IMG/VR virus record: IMGVR_UViG_3300020442_000009
Coordinates: 1-64,000 of that record
Origin: a virus
Length of the DNA: 64,000 nt
Strand: one strand, 5' to 3'
In this document: positions 59,181 to 64,000 of the stretch, piece by piece
Position numbering within the stretch: position 1 is the first letter of the stretch
How the letters are laid out: the number at the start of each line of letters is the position of its first letter
Program-made: the position numbers and the translations under genes
The notes under the pieces: model-generated
Databases searched by the model: none
Told to the model about the DNA's origin: nothing
Seen by the model: only the letters and a program-made list of their open reading frames with translations

Positions 59181-59209
59181 ATAATAGCATATACAAAAAC
59201 AAAAGTCAA
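59181..59209 (-). promoter_or_regulatory. sigma70-type promoter (leaderless geometry)
   Basis: TTGACT-17-TATTAT, 6 nt before the GTG at 59174. Confidence 0.7.
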
Positions 59210-59216
59210 CAATATT

Positions 59217-60431
59217 TTATACTAAAGGTTTATTTAGTGGAGTTTTAATCGACTTGCCTTGTGGATGAGTTCCGCAAGAATGATCAATGTCGCTTAGTCT
59301 GCCTCCATCACTTTGGTAATTTCCGTCCCTGCAAGATGCACCTTGTGGGTGACCCTCTCCAAAAGTATTAGTACCTTCATTGCAATCATCAAAACACATT
59401 TCTCGATACCTATCGGTGGCGGCACTAAAACTTTTAGAAGATGTGAAATTACTGTCTGTGTGAATTTCCGATAAACAATTTTCTAATTCTCCGTCTGGGT
59501 CATCATCCCACTCTTCCCCACAGGGAGATTCACTAACTAGGATTGAATCGGAGTCGTAGCAAGTCCATTGGTCCTCAGGTAGACTTTCTTCGCCTTTACA
59601 AGGACGTGGACTTTCGACGACTACATAATATGGAACATTTAAAGTACGCTCATAACAATCAATGCAATGATTGGCTTGGTCATAAATAGTTGCTTTAGCC
59701 CAGTCTGCTCTTGCATTGCAAATATTGCATTCATGACCCCATGTTGTTTTGTCTTTATCTGAACCTTTAGGTGAACAGGGTTGATCTGCAGATGCCACAT
59801 CAGAAGTTATTGCCCATTTATCCCAGTCTAATAATAATTTTCCTTTTGTTACATATATATTAGCTTTTAATGTACCATTACTATCAATTAATTCACCTCC
59901 ATTATTAATGGAAAATTCCCTACTATATCTATCTGCTTCTTGTGTGAGTATGTCGTAGGGTGGATATTTAGGATCATTTGGCAAATTCACTGGTCTGCCT
60001 AGAACTGTATTAGGGATTGTTATATCTTTGCCGTAATCATTAATATAAAAATGTTCATTGCTGGTAGGTGCAGAGTCTTTACCTACAGTAACTCCATATT
60101 CATTGGTATATAATGATCCATCCACTTCAAAGCCATATTCAGCTGGTTCTTCTTCGTATTTTCCTGAACAATCTAAAAGTATAGCTTCGCAGCCTCTAGC
60201 AACCGGAGCATCTACTCTAAACCAATAATCATCAGATTTTAATCCGTGGTAATCTCCAGACATTAAATTACAAGGAACTTTACCGACACTTGGTTCTCTT
60301 ATGCAGTGAGACTCTACTCTATGAACGTCGCCTCCTTGTTTATTAATTAGGTAATAATGGTCGGTTTTATTATTTTCTTCATCCTTTCTGTTTAGGATGT
60401 AATGTACATGTGTGTATGCTTTGTATGACAT
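59217..60431 (-). CDS. Cys-rich acidic hypothetical protein
   Basis: 404 aa, about 17 Cys including CNIC and CIDC. Confidence 0.7.
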   Translation of the reverse strand: MSYKAYTHVHYILNRKDEENNKTDHYYLINKQGGDVHRVESHCIREPSVGKVPCNLMSGDYHGLKSDDYWFRVDAPVARGCEAILLDCSGKYEEEPAEYGFEVDGSLYTNEYGVTVGKDSAPTSNEHFYINDYGKDITIPNTVLGRPVNLPNDPKYPPYDILTQEADRYSREFSINNGGELIDSNGTLKANIYVTKGKLLLDWDKWAITSDVASADQPCSPKGSDKDKTTWGHECNICNARADWAKATIYDQANHCIDCYERTLNVPYYVVVESPRPCKGEESLPEDQWTCYDSDSILVSESPCGEEWDDDPDGELENCLSEIHTDSNFTSSKSFSAATDRYREMCFDDCNEGTNTFGEGHPQGASCRDGNYQSDGGRLSDIDHSCGTHPQGKSIKTPLNKPLV

Positions 60432-60433
60432 AT

Positions 60434-61444
60434 TTATCCCGCAGTAGTAATTAAATGTGAAGTTTCAAAATTTCCACCATGTTTTGCATTGTACCAACTT
60501 GTTAATTGTTCAACACAATCTTGACACCCACCTTCGTCTGCATCTCTAGAAGTTCCAGTAAATTCTAGCGTACCTTCTTGTCTCTCGTGAGTAAGGTCGT
60601 CTGTAGGAGATGTTGAATTTATCATATCTGGGGTGGCATTTTTAGCACAGGTTTTACATGTTCGAATATTAAGCTCATGTTTTTTTCCACCCGGAGATTT
60701 TGAATCTACTTTGATTGTAACTTTAGTTTTTGTGACTGTTATGATTAATTGTTCTTGTGTGTGTGTATGGAAATTACTTGTGTAAAATTTATCAAACTCA
60801 TCAAAAAGAACTTTAGTTTTTAAAGTTTCAATTTTTTTAATGTATGTATGAGCAAAAACTTCATGATTAAAACCATTATAAGTTGAATCTAGCATTTTTA
60901 AGCCTGTATCTTTATGAGTTTTATTTGTGTAAGGCTTTTGGACTCCATAAGGGTGGTTTCCTGCATCAGACATGTCATAACCCACAAAAAGTTGGTTGTA
61001 TTCATAGTCTAAAGATGAATGTCTATGTGACAAACCTACTGCTGCTGGAGTTATATTTCTTCTTTTAAATGAATGATAGTAAGACTGCGCAATTAGGCAG
61101 CATTTTTCCTTGTTTTCGGAAGGGAAAACAGCTGTTGAGCCTTGTAGGTCAAATGTACCCCTACTAGCATCATACATTCCTGCTACTCCGTAGGCTTTAG
61201 CCTGATCAACTTCATCATACAATAATTTAAAACAATAAGAATCAATGCCTTTGCAACCCTTTGAGGTTTTTTTTGTACCAATTATTTTGTATGGAACACA
61301 TAAATCACTACCAACAAATTTTTCATCTGCATCTTTGAAAAATTTCCAAAAGTCTAAACTCCATTTTTTATTTTTGTCAATTCCCATGCTTGATCCCAAT
61401 GGGAACATCATGACTTCTTTTCTAGTTAGAGGAGTGTTTTGCAT
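60434..61444 (-). CDS. Cys-rich hypothetical protein
   Basis: 336 aa, CKTC, CQDC. Confidence 0.7.
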   Translation of the reverse strand: MQNTPLTRKEVMMFPLGSSMGIDKNKKWSLDFWKFFKDADEKFVGSDLCVPYKIIGTKKTSKGCKGIDSYCFKLLYDEVDQAKAYGVAGMYDASRGTFDLQGSTAVFPSENKEKCCLIAQSYYHSFKRRNITPAAVGLSHRHSSLDYEYNQLFVGYDMSDAGNHPYGVQKPYTNKTHKDTGLKMLDSTYNGFNHEVFAHTYIKKIETLKTKVLFDEFDKFYTSNFHTHTQEQLIITVTKTKVTIKVDSKSPGGKKHELNIRTCKTCAKNATPDMINSTSPTDDLTHERQEGTLEFTGTSRDADEGGCQDCVEQLTSWYNAKHGGNFETSHLITTAG

Positions 61445-61450
61445 GGCATT

Positions 61451-61753
61451 TTATCTCCGATAACCTCGACCATCGTGGGGTGGGTGTATGTCCCTATATG
61501 CTCTGTGATCACTTTTAATCGCTCTCCTCGCTTTCGCTGTAGTTATATGAGAGGAGTCAAAAACAAAAACAGGATCTCCTAGTGCAGAAAGTAATTTCGC
61601 TGCATTGCCTTTGCTGTAGGCTATATATGCTAAATCACTTGCACTAGTCTGGTCTATTTCTCTCTTTTTAGCATTCCATATCTCATAATTACCAAAGTAT
61701 CCATTGGCACTCGGATCTTTACATGCATCACACTTTCCGTTTACATCACCCAC
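61451..61753 (-). CDS. hypothetical protein
   Basis: 100 aa, CDAC. Confidence 0.6.
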   Translation of the reverse strand: MGDVNGKCDACKDPSANGYFGNYEIWNAKKREIDQTSASDLAYIAYSKGNAAKLLSALGDPVFVFDSSHITTAKARRAIKSDHRAYRDIHPPHDGRGYRR

Positions 61754-62438
61754 AGCTACTTCCCTCGAAATTGTTATTATAATTTTTGTCTACTGATATT
61801 TCAGAGCTGGAAACTCCCTGTCCCTTAATGTATGCAGAGTCAGAGTTTCCTATTATTTCTACATCGACATATGAAACGATATCCATGCCGTTAAATTCTA
61901 CAATTGGCTCGCCGTTCTCGCCAACTATAACATCTCCTCCGTTTCCTAAATTATACTGTTGCATTTCTGAATCTAATTTAATTTTTATTTCTTTTTCTGA
62001 AGCATTTCTTTTATTCATACTTAAGCCTTCAAAGAAAACATTTTTGCCAAAACTTCCACCAAAAAATTCAAACTTTTCTGAGTAAAAGTAATTTCCTTTG
62101 AATGCCCAGCCGTAATCTTTAATGTGTTCTGGCTTAGGATCTGCACAGTTTGTGACTGATTTTTGTTTTGTTTGATAAGGAATGCGCGATTTTACATCAT
62201 CCCATTCACTTAATTCCGGTTTAAGTCTGTATGTTTTACTCGCAACTCCTTCTAGTTCGTCGGCTGAAAAGGAACCTGCTTCTAAATCTATGAACCTGTA
62301 TCCTCTATCATATAGGTCTTGAATTTTATCCTGTTCAGCCTTACCACATTCTGCACCTTCTGCTGCAGGAATTTTTTTGGCTTTTTCATCTCCATATTTT
62401 TCTAGAGCTTGAGCTAATGATGCATATTGTATGGCCAT
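61746..62438 (-). CDS. hypothetical protein
   Basis: 230 aa; GTGTA at 62448-62452. Confidence 0.7.
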   Translation of the reverse strand: MAIQYASLAQALEKYGDEKAKKIPAAEGAECGKAEQDKIQDLYDRGYRFIDLEAGSFSADELEGVASKTYRLKPELSEWDDVKSRIPYQTKQKSVTNCADPKPEHIKDYGWAFKGNYFYSEKFEFFGGSFGKNVFFEGLSMNKRNASEKEIKIKLDSEMQQYNLGNGGDVIVGENGEPIVEFNGMDIVSYVDVEIIGNSDSAYIKGQGVSSSEISVDKNYNNNFEGSSCG

Positions 62439-62472
62439 ACATATATATACACCAAGACAATCATTTTTCTAT

Positions 62473-63486
62473 TTAAAAATCGTCTTCCAAAGAGCCACTT
62501 TGTTGATATTCTCTAACTCTTCTTTCGAAAAAATTACCCATGGCCTGAACATCAACAACCTCGCCCAGCCAAGGAAAAGGGTTTTTGTCACTAGGAAAGC
62601 GATAGTCTAAACCAATAGATTCTAGTCTTCTGTTACCTATATAATGCATATAGTCAACAAACATTTCTGCATTTAAACCAAGAATCCCTGTAGGTAAGAC
62701 ATCATGAGCATATGCAATTTCAAGTTCAACTGCTTTTTTAATATGCTCAACAAATTCATCTTGTATTTTTTTAGTCCATATAGATGGATTTTGCTCAATT
62801 AAAGTATTAATTAGGTATGCCCCAAAAGCAATATGTGAACTCTCATCTCTTAAAGTATATTTTATTTGATCAGAAATGCCCTGAAGTTTATTTTGTCTGC
62901 CTAATGCAAGCAGCATTGCAAAGCCGCTAAAGAAAAAAGTTCCTTCACATACAATCCAATAAGTTAAAAAGTTTCTAAGTATCTCTTGCTTACCTTCTTT
63001 AGTATGTGGATTGAAATCTTGACGACTAATGTCATTAGTGATACCCATTAAAAAATCATCTTTAGCTTTTATGCTTGGAATTGTCTCATAGGCTGTAAAA
63101 ACCTCATCAATATCTAGGTCAAGACTGTCACAAATATAAACTACCGTAAGATTGTGAAGGCTTTCTTCAAAAGCTTGACGCAAAATATACTGACGGCATT
63201 CAGCGTCCGTAATAAATCTGAAAGCCGAAAGCAAAAGGTTATTACCAACCAAAGACTCGCTTCCAGCAAAAAATCCAAGACAGCGTTTGACGAGTAATTT
63301 TTCATCTTCTGTGATTTCATTATTTTTCCATTGTTTAATATCATTCTGCATGCTAATTTCAGTAGGCATCCAGTTATTTGCACAGCTCTTTAGGAATAAA
63401 TCCCATGCATATTTATGTTTGTGAGGAAGTATTCTGTTTACTCCAGCAATATTTTTAGTTAAAAGTTCTCCTGTTTTTTCGCTCAT
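62473..63486 (-). CDS. nrdB: ribonucleotide reductase beta subunit, class Ic (R2c)-like
   Basis: NNWMP, GFFAGSESLVGNN, QAFEESLH, EGTFF, RDESSH, NFFERRVREY. Confidence 0.93.
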   Translation of the reverse strand: MSEKTGELLTKNIAGVNRILPHKHKYAWDLFLKSCANNWMPTEISMQNDIKQWKNNEITEDEKLLVKRCLGFFAGSESLVGNNLLLSAFRFITDAECRQYILRQAFEESLHNLTVVYICDSLDLDIDEVFTAYETIPSIKAKDDFLMGITNDISRQDFNPHTKEGKQEILRNFLTYWIVCEGTFFFSGFAMLLALGRQNKLQGISDQIKYTLRDESSHIAFGAYLINTLIEQNPSIWTKKIQDEFVEHIKKAVELEIAYAHDVLPTGILGLNAEMFVDYMHYIGNRRLESIGLDYRFPSDKNPFPWLGEVVDVQAMGNFFERRVREYQQSGSLEDDF

Positions 63487-63526
63487 TATGTATGGTATAT
63501 CGTATTATTATGTTTTTAGGTTCATA

Positions 63527-63555
63527 ATAATAGCAAAAAAATATTAAAGTGTCAA
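63527..63555 (-). promoter_or_regulatory. sigma70-type promoter of nrdB
   Basis: TTGACA-17-TATTAT. Confidence 0.65.
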
Positions 63556-63809
63556 GTTTTAATTCCGTCAACCGTTAGGGGTCTAAATCCAGCATCGTGA
63601 TCGTCTCCAATGCTTATAATTTCTGCTCCCATTCCAAAATTACTTAACTTTCTATACAATTCTCTGCCTGTATGGTTCATGTAATACAGTTCGGACTCAC
63701 CAGCAACTAGAGCTGTTTTAATTTGACCTTTTAAGGTGTTAAGTTTTGTTGCCATCTCATTTTGATTTTGAATGGCATGTATCTGGTTGTTTAATTCTTG
63801 AAGAGTCAT
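63552..63809 (-). CDS. hypothetical protein
   Basis: Probable start MTLQEL at 63809, 10 nt after GTGTA at 63820-63824. Confidence 0.55.
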   Translation of the reverse strand: MTLQELNNQIHAIQNQNEMATKLNTLKGQIKTALVAGESELYYMNHTGRELYRKLSNFGMGAEIISIGDDHDAGFRPLTVDGIKT

Positions 63810-64000
63810 ATATAATATGTACACTTTTTTTGGAAAAAAACAAGCAACCTTTTAATATTGAATATGATTAAATCTATTTTAAAAAACAGAGAAATTCAAG
63901 ATAAAGAAGCATCGTTAAGCGATTTAGCGGATAAGCTTTTAAGTAATATAGATATGTCTTTGTTTGATAAAGATTTTGTAGAGCAAGAATGGGCTAAGTC

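Noticed and set aside
880-62085. Many 60-110 aa plus-strand ORFs in the track
   Set aside because: They are antisense shadows of longer minus-strand genes with F/L/S-rich composition. Only 16884 and 32529 occupy real gaps and have an upstream motif.
1-64000. Stop-codon reassignment
   Set aside because: Conserved genes are full length under the standard code and end with TAA, TAG or TGA; coding density is already high.
1-64000. Bacterial chromosome origin, given clpC, guaC, ppa, ssrA, recA and DUF1501
   Set aside because: Single-strand packing, many tiny unknown ORFs, homing endonucleases, dNMP kinase, divergent replication genes and the lack of housekeeping operon context indicate a large phage.

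Overview
AT-rich, gene-dense segment of a large (probably jumbo) tailed dsDNA phage genome. Almost all genes are on the minus strand and use the standard code. The host is probably in the PVC group (Verrucomicrobia/Planctomycetes), judged from a DUF1549/DUF1553 + DUF1501 pair, SHD1-like domains, a Rhodopirellula/Verrucomicrobium-type ECF sigma and a Chlamydia-like RNR beta subunit. Layout: 1-16 kb holds small early-type ORFs, UvsE, a macrodomain, RuvB, HNHs, two tRNAs and an ECF sigma. 16-33 kb holds a sulfotransferase, RmlD-like protein, PPase, two Thr/Pro-repeat paralogs, a second sigma, dNMP kinase, C5 methyltransferase, an outer-membrane beta-barrel and dCMP deaminase. 33-41 kb holds DUF1501, DUF1549/1553, tmRNA and ClpC. 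41-59 kb is the replication module (split DnaE, exonuclease, GuaC, primase, DnaB, RecA) with an embedded five-gene glycosylation cassette. 59-64 kb holds a Cys-rich cluster and a tyrosyl-radical-less RNR R2. Main observations: an apparently domesticated periplasmic DUF1549/1553-DUF1501 module; a conserved ~40-aa YFxRYG...HTAKN module found alone and fused to mucin-like linkers, possibly linked to two GT60-like transferases; a tmRNA with an atypical basic tag near ClpC; two promoter classes implying leaderless mRNAs; and apparent CCWGG avoidance. Family assignments come from motif recognition by eye, not database searches.
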